DNA from: a virus
Strand: one strand, 5' to 3'
Virus record (IMG/VR): IMGVR_UViG_3300033153_009397
Span: 1-64,000 of that record
Length of the DNA: 64,000 bases
Shown: piece after piece, positions 52,240 to 62,041 of the stretch
How positions within the stretch are numbered: position 1 is the stretch's first letter
How the letters are laid out: each line of letters starts with the position of its first letter
Notes under the pieces: generated by a model
Databases searched by the model: none
Seen by the model: the letters and a program-made list of their open reading frames with translations, nothing else
What the model was told of the DNA's origin: nothing
Program-made: the position numbers and the translations under genes

Positions 52240-55200
52240 TTAGATGTAATAATTGGGGTCAGAAACAAGTCTCTTAAAAATAAGTTCTCCATCTGTATTT
52301 TTATGCCAAGTTATACCAAAATGAGAGAGAAGATTAGGGATGGCTCGAAGTTCGCCAAGAAAGTCTCTTCCAAGATAAAGTTCTTTCTTAGCTCTGTTCT
52401 CAGTAAGCTGTTCATGTTTCTCAAAGTATTTTACAAATCTAACAAAGCGGTCATCTAGCAGAGCACCAAAACGTAACCATGCTTTGCCTATTTTAATGAA
52501 CTCTTTATTCATGCCACGACTAGAGATACCTCTGTATTCTCGCATTTTTGCTATGTGGGGGATAGGGACATCTTCATCCATTTGAATAATTTCCATGACT
52601 TTATTATAAGAGATACCCCAACAATAAACCAAGCTCTGTTCCTTAGCTGATGGGTCCTTTACTCTTCCTATTGTTTGATAAAACGTTTGATGCATATTCA
52701 TTTTCTCTAACATATCTGATAGTTCAAAGGCATTCAAGTCTTGAAAAAGTTCTTCTTCATGATAATATCTTGCTAACCATAAATGGCTACCTTTGGGGGG
52801 AGCTGGAGGACATGCAGCAATCATTATTCTTTTCTTGCTTCCTACTCCTACAGTTTTATCTGACCTATACCATGTTACTTCTAAGTTATAAGGAAGATGT
52901 TTTTGTCTTTTCAGTGTCTGTATAAGACGATAAATAAACCTTTTATTGGGAAGTACTAACATGACATTCTCTGTTCCGTGAGCTTCGCAGACCATGTTGA
53001 CAAATTTTATTAAATCTTCTATGTGTTTTTGACTATTAGGGTGTTTGTTTAGCTGTTTAGCTGATACATTTCTAACACCACAAATAACTAACTGATTATC
53101 ACAAGTTTTTCTGGGGTCTCCTATGACAAATCTCTTAAAATCTACTCCAAATACATCGCTTATCTTGGCTAAAGGCATAGTAGCATCAGTAACAATAATT
53201 TGGTTCTTGAAATGTTCTACAGTCATTTTTACAAACTGTTTAGTCATGTCTATCTTGGGAGTGGTTGTGAAAACTACTGAAGCTGGTTTATCTGGTGTAG
53301 GAGTGCTTTGCATCCACCAAGATTCATTCTGTAATAATACTAACATTCTTTCCAGACTATTAAGGTGAATATTAAAGTCTTTAGCATACTTACTAATCAT
53401 TGCATAATAAGAGAAGAAGTTTTCTTTATAATTACTTAACTCGGAAGGGGATAAAAAATTGCCTATTTTGTAAGTAGTAGATTTCTCAAAGATACCATTC
53501 AAAGCCGCCCTTCTAATAAACGGGTCAAATTTATTTATAAATTCGTCTGCTAGTTCAACTATCTTATTTATAGTTTGATTGTTATATTTCTCTATGAGCC
53601 TAGCTACATCTTGTGAGAGTTCATAAGTGTAATCAAAGAATTTTTCTCCCACTTCATTCTGTTCATATACAGTTATTTCAAGGGGAGAAGCTTGAACAAG
53701 CTTGGAAATTTCATCCATGAAAACGATATCAAAAGAGTTGTATAAGACACTGACAAATTCTTGAGCTTCTTTTTCTACGTTACTAAGAAGTGAGGTAAGC
53801 TTGTCATATGTTATGAATACTATGTCATAATCCATAATCCTTTCCATGATTGTTCTGTAAGCACACTTACCTACCTTTTCTCCTATCTGATACAAAGCAT
53901 GGTCATGTTCAGAGACTATGATAGGTATTGGATATTCTCCTTCTCTATGAGGATACTCAAATACCTCTTCATAATATTCACAGTAACGATACTCGCTACT
54001 CCCCGACTGTGCCACAGCACAAGACGGTTTAGATTGGAACATCATATTTTTCCATTGCACTCCTTCTTCTCCCCAATTAGGATTTTCTTTTTTCTTCTTC
54101 TCTAAATCCATGAGAGTAAATCTAAGTTTTAAACAAGCCTTCATATTAGCTGATAATACTGCTCCTTCTATACTCTCTCCATATATATCATATATAAGCC
54201 TCATTGCATCTACAAATACTTCTCTTGCTATTCTGTTGGTAGGGGTTACTACTAACATTCTCTTGCCATGAAATGTTGCTGCTCTAATAAGACTGGTAGT
54301 AAAACCAGCTCGAGTAGTCTTTATGGCTTCAAAGTTGGTGGTAGGATTTCTAACTAACTCACTGACTAATGATGTAATAACTTCAAACTCATGTTCTGAG
54401 GAAGCAAACTTCTCTTTCTCTACAGTTACTACTGATTTGGGTTTGGGAAACATACAATAACTTCTTCTACATTTGGCTGCATCTTTTGGTGTACAGCAAT
54501 AGAATTCACTTTTTTTATCTTGCATTTTATCGCAGTGTGGTGGCATATCTGGTTGGTCTGGATTTCCATATGTCCATGCTACAAGTTGTATCTTATCTTT
54601 GTTTTGTGGAGTATTATCTTCCTCGTCATTTACTACAAATCTTATAAACAATGCACATTCATCTGGCGTATATCCCTTCCCTCCAAAATCGTCATACCTC
54701 ATTGCTCCTAAATACCTAACCAGTATCATTCTCATCCAGTGGTCTCTTCTGTTTATCCAAGCATTTCTTATGCATGGAGGTGTATCAAATGGGTCTGTTC
54801 TATTGACAAGATTAGTCATCTCTTGTAGTAATGCTTTTTGTTCATCTGTTAAAATGGTATTTGGTTCTGGTACCATCACTTCATATTCTGCATGGCCTTT
54901 TCCTTGATACGGTCTTCTTACTACTATCTTTGCTGTTTCATGCATTACCTCTTTGATTATATCTTCAAACTGGAATTCTTTATAGTATAGAGGCTTTATC
55001 TTTAGATATTTATATTTACTATATAGTATTGTTCTTGTAGCATTCATTTCTCCGTTGTCGTATTCTACTGGGACACAGTAGAATGTTTCATATGATAGCT
55101 TGGTATATACCGTGTATGGAAGTCTGTAGACGTGTCTTCCTCTCTTGTACAAAGAGGTATCAATGATAATGAGGTATTTGATATTATCTAATTCTATTAT

Positions 55201-55788
55201 TTTTCCTATTCCTTTTTTGTTTCGTTTATTCTTTGGTAAAGGAGAGTTCTTGGCATTAAGCATAAAGAAACCTTTACATCTGCTACTACATCTATGTATC
55301 TTCCCCATTCTGGCATATTTTTTCTGTTGAATACATTCTTCTAATATTCCTTTTTCTCCCCATAATATATCTATAAAGTCTGCCTTATCTACCTCTTTAT
55401 GATATCTTTGTACTCTATACATTCCTTGTCCAGTAATGTATGATGTCCACTTGTATTCTGGATGTTCTTTATCCCATTCATTCCAGAAGTGTATGGCTGC
55501 TCGTAGTTTTAATTCCCTTATTTGATTAACTGTATATTCTTCTTCGATGTATGGAGTTAATATTTCTACATCTGTATCTATTACAAAATCAGTATGACCA
55601 TGTCCTTCTAAGGTTCTAAACAATGGCTTGTTGGTATTTATGCCGTATCTATCGAAGATATCTTGCCATTGATATATCTCTTCTCCTCCTTCCTCTTTTC
55701 TTCTTCCCATCGATATAGCTTTAGCACCATCTAATAGCCTAAGCACAACATCATTGATTTGTTGTAGTTTATTTTCTACCTCGGTCAT
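52240..55788 (-). CDS. Primase (PriS-like + PriL-like)-SF2 helicase fusion
   Basis: VIDTD, TGQG, IDTSLY..YRLPYT (AEP); PPC..H..R..PPHC..C (PriL Fe-S); TRAGFT, MDE, DAT, QTIGR (SF2). Confidence 0.72.
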   Translation of the reverse strand: MTEVENKLQQINDVVLRLLDGAKAISMGRRKEEGGEEIYQWQDIFDRYGINTNKPLFRTLEGHGHTDFVIDTDVEILTPYIEEEYTVNQIRELKLRAAIHFWNEWDKEHPEYKWTSYITGQGMYRVQRYHKEVDKADFIDILWGEKGILEECIQQKKYARMGKIHRCSSRCKGFFMLNAKNSPLPKNKRNKKGIGKIIELDNIKYLIIIDTSLYKRGRHVYRLPYTVYTKLSYETFYCVPVEYDNGEMNATRTILYSKYKYLKIKPLYYKEFQFEDIIKEVMHETAKIVVRRPYQGKGHAEYEVMVPEPNTILTDEQKALLQEMTNLVNRTDPFDTPPCIRNAWINRRDHWMRMILVRYLGAMRYDDFGGKGYTPDECALFIRFVVNDEEDNTPQNKDKIQLVAWTYGNPDQPDMPPHCDKMQDKKSEFYCCTPKDAAKCRRSYCMFPKPKSVVTVEKEKFASSEHEFEVITSLVSELVRNPTTNFEAIKTTRAGFTTSLIRAATFHGKRMLVVTPTNRIAREVFVDAMRLIYDIYGESIEGAVLSANMKACLKLRFTLMDLEKKKKENPNWGEEGVQWKNMMFQSKPSCAVAQSGSSEYRYCEYYEEVFEYPHREGEYPIPIIVSEHDHALYQIGEKVGKCAYRTIMERIMDYDIVFITYDKLTSLLSNVEKEAQEFVSVLYNSFDIVFMDEISKLVQASPLEITVYEQNEVGEKFFDYTYELSQDVARLIEKYNNQTINKIVELADEFINKFDPFIRRAALNGIFEKSTTYKIGNFLSPSELSNYKENFFSYYAMISKYAKDFNIHLNSLERMLVLLQNESWWMQSTPTPDKPASVVFTTTPKIDMTKQFVKMTVEHFKNQIIVTDATMPLAKISDVFGVDFKRFVIGDPRKTCDNQLVICGVRNVSAKQLNKHPNSQKHIEDLIKFVNMVCEAHGTENVMLVLPNKRFIYRLIQTLKRQKHLPYNLEVTWYRSDKTVGVGSKKRIMIAACPPAPPKGSHLWLARYYHEEELFQDLNAFELSDMLEKMNMHQTFYQTIGRVKDPSAKEQSLVYCWGISYNKVMEIIQMDEDVPIPHIAKMREYRGISSRGMNKEFIKIGKAWLRFGALLDDRFVRFVKYFEKHEQLTENRAKKELYLGRDFLGELRAIPNLLSHFGITWHKNTDGELIFKRLVSDPNYYI

Positions 55789-55983
55789 GCAGTTTCACAT
55801 TTGTTTTTTGACATTTAAATATTTTCATTGAGAGTATCGGAATATTTAAATGTGATAAAAGTATTAGTTTCTTAATGAAAACCAGAAAACAATATCAAGA
55901 TGAACTTTTAGAGCATAAAGAAATGTGGATAATGAGGGGGGGTTTATATTGATGCTTCTCGTGTACAAGAATGTTTTACACAT

Positions 55984-56358
55984 ATGATAATTACCCTCTC
56001 ATTTAAAATATCATATGATATTGCGGAACATTTATCGTTTGTAAATGATATGTTTGAATATAAAGGAGAAGAAAAAGGACACGAATATATTTCTTATCTA
56101 TATAGTAGATGTGATATAGGAAAAGTACTATGTGCTGAAGTTAGTAGACAGTTTGGTGAGGCTAAGGTTAATATAAAAATAAAATTGTCACCCAGATTTT
56201 ATGAGATTTATAAATTATTTTATTATTTTTGGTTAAAACCCGATGAGGAATATCAACGAGAATATAAGTATTCACTAAATCCAGTTTGTAAGAACTCCCT
56301 CCACAAGCATATGGAAAGAAAAGTAAAAAAACTTTTCAGTTCCGATAAAAACATTTAA
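55984..56358 (+). CDS. Hypothetical protein
   Basis: ORF track. Confidence 0.5.
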   Translation: MIITLSFKISYDIAEHLSFVNDMFEYKGEEKGHEYISYLYSRCDIGKVLCAEVSRQFGEAKVNIKIKLSPRFYEIYKLFYYFWLKPDEEYQREYKYSLNPVCKNSLHKHMERKVKKLFSSDKNI

Positions 56359-56380
56359 AAATGATAGGGATAATATTAAT

Positions 56381-56450
56381 TTGCAAAGTGCAGAGGATGG
56401 TTACTTCGTAACTGACATGTGAAATTGCCCATCCTCAATTATCTTGCAAC
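56381..56450 (+). ncRNA. Y RNA-like RNA 1, upstream of TROVE
   Basis: TATA at 56354; stems TTGCAA/TTGCAA and GAGGATGG/CCATCCTC; shared AGTGYAG and GGTTACTTCGT. Confidence 0.7.
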
Positions 56451-56483
56451 TGTTTTTATAACAATTTGCAAGGAGGAAAAAAA

Positions 56484-58079
56484 ATGAAATATAATGAAAA
56501 AACAGAAGGAAAGAGTAGAGAAATAAACTATATGGGAACAAATGCATATAGGTTAGATAATAGAACTCGATTATTGAACATTGTAGGAACTACATTTGTA
56601 GCAGAGCCTACATATTATGAGTTGGATGATGTAAAAGAAATCATAGAGATGTGCCAGAAAGATAAGAGTGAATTTATTCTACAGTTAGCGGCATATGCCA
56701 GAAATGAGCTTTATCTACGTAGTGCTCCTACATTGTTACTGGTTATTGCAGCAAATATAAATGAGACTAAGCCATTAGTTCGTAAGTATGCTACTAAGAT
56801 TATTAAAAGAGTAGACCAAATGACTGAGGCATTAGCAATGCAGTTAGCATTGTTTGGCAAACCCATTCCTAACTCATTAAAGAAAGCCATCGCTAGTGCC
56901 TTTATTACTTTTGATGAATATCAGTTAGGTAAGTATAGAGCTGAGGGAAAGAAGGTTACTCTCAAGGATGTAGTTAAACTATGTCATCCAGCGGCTTACA
57001 AGAAAGAGGGCTTAGACTTAGCCAAGAAAATTATTGATGAAACACTTGCTACTCCTTATACATGGGAAACAGAGATGTCTACTAAGCCTAATGAAGATAG
57101 AGGCAAACTTTGGGATGAATTAATATCATCTAATAGACTTGGATATATGGCAACCTTGAGAAATTTGCGTAATATGATTAAATATAGAGTTACCAAGATT
57201 TCAGAGGTAGCAAATTATATTAGTAATGAAAAGGCAGTCGCTCATTCTAAACAATTTCCTCATAGGTATTTGAGTGCTCACCAGATGTTAAAAGAGTATC
57301 TCGAAAAGAAAGAAGAAGGAATTGTATTTGAGAAGGATGAACTTCCTATTGAAAAAATAGAAACTTTATTAGCAGCCATCAATAAAGCCACCGTCATTGC
57401 AGCGAATAAAAATATTCCTAAACTTCAAGGAAAGACTGCTATATTAGTTGACAATTCTGGTTCAGCTAGAGGAGATAGCGGGGGACAATCCAAGATTAGT
57501 CATAAATCTATTAGAACCATGGCAGACGTTGGTAACCTCTTGGGATTATTGTTCTGGTATGTATCAGATGATACTTACTTTGCTGTATTTGGAGATAAAT
57601 TACTTCAAGTAGACCTCGATAGACATGCTCCTTTCTTGGACAACTTTGAAGCTGTCAATGAATTGGGTAATAAGGCTGGAAAATGTACTGAACAAGGAGT
57701 ATTTACTTTCTTGAAGAATATCATTCATGATAAGGTTCATGTTGATAGATTGATTGTTTGTTCAGACCTACAGATAGGGGATGGTCGTAATTATGCCTAT
57801 GGTCTTGATAGGTTTGAGACCAACATTGAAACAGTTCCTAAGCTCGTGCAGAAATACAGAGAAGAAGTTAATCCAGACTTTATGTATTATTCTGTCTGCT
57901 TCAAGGGATATGGTAATGATGTAGTCATGGGTGAGAAGAAGGTTCTTATCAGCGGTTTCAGTGAAGGTATACTCAAGTTTATTCCATTCTATGAAAAAGA
58001 TAAGACTACTCAAATCAAGTATATCAAAGAGAACTTTGGTTTAGATGTTGAAAAGGTTGAGGTCAATAAAAACGTTTAA
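56484..58079 (+). CDS. rsr: Ro60/TROVE-domain RNA-binding protein with a vWA domain
   Basis: YARNELYLRS, FDEYQLGKY, LKDVVKLCHP, TWET, YMATLRNLRN, SKQFPHRY, DNSGS, SDLQ; AGGAGG RBS before ATG 56484. Confidence 0.93.
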   Translation: MKYNEKTEGKSREINYMGTNAYRLDNRTRLLNIVGTTFVAEPTYYELDDVKEIIEMCQKDKSEFILQLAAYARNELYLRSAPTLLLVIAANINETKPLVRKYATKIIKRVDQMTEALAMQLALFGKPIPNSLKKAIASAFITFDEYQLGKYRAEGKKVTLKDVVKLCHPAAYKKEGLDLAKKIIDETLATPYTWETEMSTKPNEDRGKLWDELISSNRLGYMATLRNLRNMIKYRVTKISEVANYISNEKAVAHSKQFPHRYLSAHQMLKEYLEKKEEGIVFEKDELPIEKIETLLAAINKATVIAANKNIPKLQGKTAILVDNSGSARGDSGGQSKISHKSIRTMADVGNLLGLLFWYVSDDTYFAVFGDKLLQVDLDRHAPFLDNFEAVNELGNKAGKCTEQGVFTFLKNIIHDKVHVDRLIVCSDLQIGDGRNYAYGLDRFETNIETVPKLVQKYREEVNPDFMYYSVCFKGYGNDVVMGEKKVLISGFSEGILKFIPFYEKDKTTQIKYIKENFGLDVEKVEVNKNV

Positions 58080-58103
58080 ATATGATGTATTGTATATTAT
58101 TTT

Positions 58104-58186
58104 AGGCAGTGTAGAAAACGGTTACTTCGTTAAGACGACACTAACTAATGCCGAAAGGCAGTTCCCGTTTTCGACTTACCTCCAAC
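58104..58186 (+). ncRNA. Y RNA-like RNA 2, downstream of TROVE
   Basis: TATA at 58075; stem GAAAACGG/CCGTTTTC; GNRA hairpin TGCC-GAAA-GGCA; same conserved motifs as RNA 1. Confidence 0.7.
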
Positions 58187-58239
58187 TTACTTTTCTCATA
58201 GAGATAAAGTGAAAAGATAAAGTGAAAGATGTGATAAAT

Positions 58240-59760
58240 ATGAGTTTAATGAACAAGAAACTAGAAACTGTCGAATTTGACGATTTTTTAGAGGCTGTTA
58301 AAGCTCAAGTCAATGTTAGAACAGATAAGCAAAGGATAGTTGATTCCTTTGCTGAAGGAAAATACGAAGAGAACCTCATTAGTATATGCGAAGCAGTCTA
58401 TAATGAGAGTACATATAAGAAGGGTACTTTGCGAGGAGGAGTAAATGGGGTAATCCGTAGACTAACTCAGTCAGCCTACGACGCCAATAGTGCTGAAAGG
58501 CTGTCGGAGCGAATTAAAAAAGGGGAAGTTATCACGAAAAGAGGAGTAATTCTTGGATGTTTAGACCGAGAGATACAACGCAATGATGGTAGTGGTAGCT
58601 TTATGAAAGCTTTTTGCCCTCTTATTGAGGAGGACGGAAAAATAACAGAGGTTACTTATATCACCAAGATAGGCGGAGAAAGACGAGGAAAGGCTACTCC
58701 ATATTTATGTGTAGCAGATTACTATGTCGATGAAGACAGCTATTTTAATGCTCGATTAGGTATAGAGCTTCCAGATAATAAGATAGTTAACTATGATAAT
58801 GTAGCAGAGAAGGAAGTTGATATTATGAAAATAATTGATACTGCCAAGAAAGCGGGTCTTTGTCATGATGCGAAAAGTCTGGTAGAAGGGTTAAATAATG
58901 GGAGCATAAAGAACTATAGCTGGTTGTGGTTTGAAGGCATTGTTAATAATATAAGACCTACGCCAGTATTTTCAAATGGTGTAAAGACTGATGAACTAAG
59001 GTTCCTCATGATACCAACCAGAACTGAACAATACTGCTATACATTTCAAACCAAGTCTCGAGGAGTTAAACTTCCAACTCCACAATGGAACTATGATGAA
59101 AACGGGAATAAAACAGACCCAGTTGTCGACCCAGAAACTGGTGAACAGTTAATAGAAGATAATAAATATTATCCTACTGTCAGACTTAATCCAGTTCAAA
59201 TAGTTCAAACATATGTTGACTGGGGTAACATCAATGATTGGGTACTTGACCTTCTTGATGGGGAAGCGATTAGTCCAGAGATACAAATACAATCTCTTGC
59301 TGACCAAGTACTAGGTAGAAAATTCTATGCTCTTACAAAACTTGGTAAAGTTTCTAAATCAATTGTAGAAGTCAGAGGAGACGGTGTTCCAGAAGGAACA
59401 TTGGAAACTATTTACTTCATTAATCTTAATGCTGTAGCCTTTGTTCTTACTGATGAAACTGTAGGTTGGGAATCTTTAGATGAAGAAGATAAGAAGGTAG
59501 AAACCAAAGCTGAAAAAGTAGATGATAGTGATAGTAAAGAGCCAGAGATTAAACCCGAACCCAAGAAAGCCCCAGTTAAGAAAGCCCCAGTTAAGAAAGC
59601 TGATTGGAGAAAGAAGCTAGAAATGGATGTTGAGGCATACCTTGAAGTCCTTCCAGACGCCACCTTTGATGATATGAAAGGAGACAATCTCTTTATTGAT
59701 TATAGTCATATACCAGATGCAGCTCTTAAGAAGGCAGTCGAACAGATTAAAGGAGGATAA
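58240..59760 (+). CDS. Hypothetical protein, possibly OB-fold ssDNA-binding, with an acidic/KKAPV linker
   Basis: Precedes the AAA ATPase; beta-rich core; function inferred only. Confidence 0.4.
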   Translation: MSLMNKKLETVEFDDFLEAVKAQVNVRTDKQRIVDSFAEGKYEENLISICEAVYNESTYKKGTLRGGVNGVIRRLTQSAYDANSAERLSERIKKGEVITKRGVILGCLDREIQRNDGSGSFMKAFCPLIEEDGKITEVTYITKIGGERRGKATPYLCVADYYVDEDSYFNARLGIELPDNKIVNYDNVAEKEVDIMKIIDTAKKAGLCHDAKSLVEGLNNGSIKNYSWLWFEGIVNNIRPTPVFSNGVKTDELRFLMIPTRTEQYCYTFQTKSRGVKLPTPQWNYDENGNKTDPVVDPETGEQLIEDNKYYPTVRLNPVQIVQTYVDWGNINDWVLDLLDGEAISPEIQIQSLADQVLGRKFYALTKLGKVSKSIVEVRGDGVPEGTLETIYFINLNAVAFVLTDETVGWESLDEEDKKVETKAEKVDDSDSKEPEIKPEPKKAPVKKAPVKKADWRKKLEMDVEAYLEVLPDATFDDMKGDNLFIDYSHIPDAALKKAVEQIKGG

Positions 59761-59762
59761 CT

Positions 59763-60581
59763 TTGATGTCAACTGAGAATGAAATAAAACTAAAAGGAAC
59801 AGCCACACAGCAGTTATCTACGCTGAATGCTTGTGCCTTTGGAGGAACTAACGTTGGAAAAACCTATTTCCTTCTTTCTTATGTTCGTTCTCAGAAAAAA
59901 AGAATGGTATTTATCAACGCCGATGTCGAAGAAAATTTCGTAAGAAATTATAATCCTCTTGAGTCAGAACAAAAAAGGAGAATTATTCAACCTCATAAAG
60001 CCAATGTTTCTGGGATACAGATGGGAGATGTTCCTTCTATCAGAAAGATAGTAAAAGAGATACGTGAAGGACCTATTCAAGCCCTCATTCAAAGTGGACA
60101 GATAGAACTTATTGCAGTAGATAGTATAGATACTATAATGAACGTCTATGAGGATTGGCATTTTACTGCTAAAGGGGTAGAAAATCCTACTCCTTTTGAT
60201 TATGGTAGAGCTAGAGATATTTTCGAAAGAGAATTTCTTCTTCCGTTACTTCGTCAACCATGCCACTTTTTGTGTACCAGCAATTTCAAAGTAGTTTATC
60301 CTACTCCACAAACACAGTTTTCTAAGCCTATAATGGTTCGAGTTGGTGGAAGAATGCTACCAGCTCATCAACCCAAAGTTCCAGCTAGGTTCTGGAAGCA
60401 CTTTACTACTATCTTCGAGCTTCGTCAAGCTAATCCTTTCGAAATAAGAGATGTAGAGGCATTCTTTATTAAGTCTAAAGAACAGTCTGGCTTATATCAT
60501 TATCGTATGCTTCCTAAAGCAGACAAGAAAGGTCTGGTTTTTGCAGATTACTTAGCTTATATAAAGAAGGTTTTTGAATGA
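59763..60581 (+). CDS. P-loop ATPase (AAA_24/Sak4/RecA-like)
   Basis: Walker A GGTNVGKT; Walker B IAVDS. Confidence 0.75.
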   Translation: MMSTENEIKLKGTATQQLSTLNACAFGGTNVGKTYFLLSYVRSQKKRMVFINADVEENFVRNYNPLESEQKRRIIQPHKANVSGIQMGDVPSIRKIVKEIREGPIQALIQSGQIELIAVDSIDTIMNVYEDWHFTAKGVENPTPFDYGRARDIFEREFLLPLLRQPCHFLCTSNFKVVYPTPQTQFSKPIMVRVGGRMLPAHQPKVPARFWKHFTTIFELRQANPFEIRDVEAFFIKSKEQSGLYHYRMLPKADKKGLVFADYLAYIKKVFE

Positions 60582-60895
60582 CTGTTTTTTTATCAGAACT
60601 TCCCCCCCAAAAGCAGTTTGCTGTAATGAAATTGTTTATGGAGGGGGAAATTCCTCTTTTTAAGGGTGAAGAAGTTATTTTACCAGATATGATTTCAGCC
60701 CGTTATGTTTGTGCTGATTGTGGAAAGTTTGTTATTCCTACTTTTTATTTAGATGATATTGTTAGTATAGCAAAACGGGTTAAATGCCCTCATTGTTCTG
60801 GTAATATGAGCTTGTATCTTATGGGTACTGAACTTCAACAAGAAGTTAAAAGAATAAGAAAAGGTATTCAACGTAAGATTTATGATTTCTTTTGA
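60578..60895 (+). CDS. Zinc-ribbon protein
   Basis: CADCG...CPHCSG. Confidence 0.6.
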   Translation: MTVFLSELPPQKQFAVMKLFMEGEIPLFKGEEVILPDMISARYVCADCGKFVIPTFYLDDIVSIAKRVKCPHCSGNMSLYLMGTELQQEVKRIRKGIQRKIYDFF

Positions 60896-61689
60896 AGTCT
60901 CATCTTTGCTTCTCTTCTTTCTTTTTCTGTGAGTGCAAAGATAACTTTTTTGGTTTTACTCTTTCTAATAAGTGGTTTCTTTAGAAATGGAAATATAATA
61001 AAGATGACCATTAATATTATTCCTATTCCAATCATAACAAAAAAGGTTTTGTTATTTTGAATGAAGGAAACAAAGTTTTCTGAGCCAAAAAATCTGTTAG
61101 CAATTAAAATTACTAACATGGTAATGTTATAAGCAGTCACGGCAGATTTAATAAAGTCATTAATAATTTTTTTGAAGATTTCACTATTTTTTTCTTGTCT
61201 AAATATCCAATCTCTTACTTCTGCTCTGAATTCTGTTGCCATTTTTATTTCTGCTAACTGGTCTCTTCTGTAGATTACTTGATTTTCTTCTACTCTGCTT
61301 ACTCTATTCTGTAAAATAGTTTCTGATTGTTTTTTAATATAGTTTTCTACTTGTTGTAAAAGGTTAGGTAATCTTAAAGGCTTAGGAAGAATAGACCTAG
61401 CTCCAGCAGCAATGGCTTCTTCTTTTCTTGAAGAAGCATGACCAGTAATAGTGACTATCTCAGCATCGGGGTTAATCTTTATTATCTCTCTTGTAGCTTC
61501 TACTCCATCCATAATAGGCATATGTATATCCATCAGCACGATGAAGGGGTCGTATTTTTTGTACATATCTATAGCTTCTGAACCGTTAGTAGCTCTGATA
61601 ATCTTATAGTCTTTTAGATAATCTTCTACAATGTCCAGTAGTTCAGTGTCGTCATCGACGACTAATATAATAGGATTTTCAGAAGCCAT
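60880..61689 (-). CDS. CheY-like receiver domain fused to a coiled coil and two TM helices
   Basis: VVDDD, LMDIHMP.MDG, ITG and PKP motifs; two C-terminal hydrophobic segments. Confidence 0.85.
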   Translation of the reverse strand: MASENPIILVVDDDTELLDIVEDYLKDYKIIRATNGSEAIDMYKKYDPFIVLMDIHMPIMDGVEATREIIKINPDAEIVTITGHASSRKEEAIAAGARSILPKPLRLPNLLQQVENYIKKQSETILQNRVSRVEENQVIYRRDQLAEIKMATEFRAEVRDWIFRQEKNSEIFKKIINDFIKSAVTAYNITMLVILIANRFFGSENFVSFIQNNKTFFVMIGIGIILMVIFIIFPFLKKPLIRKSKTKKVIFALTEKERREAKMRLQKKS

Positions 61690-61711
61690 CTATATCTGTC
61701 CGTTAGTGCTG

Positions 61712-62011
61712 TTATTTTGCAAGTTCTGGAGGTTCTTCTATAATTTCCTCTTCTGATTCTTCTTCTATAAGTTCTTCATCTGGCTTGACAATGATTGCCT
61801 TGATAAAGTTCATACATAACATGAGTAATCTTTCCGCTTCTTCTGGGTCAATCTTTCCGTCTGCCATATCTTTTCCGAGCTCTTTAATAAGGGCAAGAAA
61901 AATTCTGGCTAATGCTGGAAAGTTTTTTTTGTTCCAGAAATGGTACACAGCGTATAAAACAGCTATTGTAGCTACTGTTATTGTTACATAATCAAATGGT
62001 CTTAATATCAT
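61712..62011 (-). CDS. Small N-terminally anchored membrane protein
   Basis: One TM helix; DGKIDPEE; acidic tail. Confidence 0.6.
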   Translation of the reverse strand: MILRPFDYVTITVATIAVLYAVYHFWNKKNFPALARIFLALIKELGKDMADGKIDPEEAERLLMLCMNFIKAIIVKPDEELIEEESEEEIIEEPPELAK

Positions 62012-62041
62012 ATTTAAAAAAATGTTAGGGAATATAAAAGT

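Noticed and set aside
55789-55800. 11/12 match between the RNA 1 insert (ATGTGAAATTGC) and the primase promoter
   Set aside because: Single short AT-rich match in the same sense, upstream of the likely TSS; compatible with chance
56381-58186. TROVE-flanking RNAs as tRNA genes
   Set aside because: No cloverleaf, T-loop GTTCRA or anticodon arm
59563-59599. AAGAAAGCCCCAGTT tandem repeat as a regulatory repeat
   Set aside because: In-frame KKAPV linker duplication within a CDS
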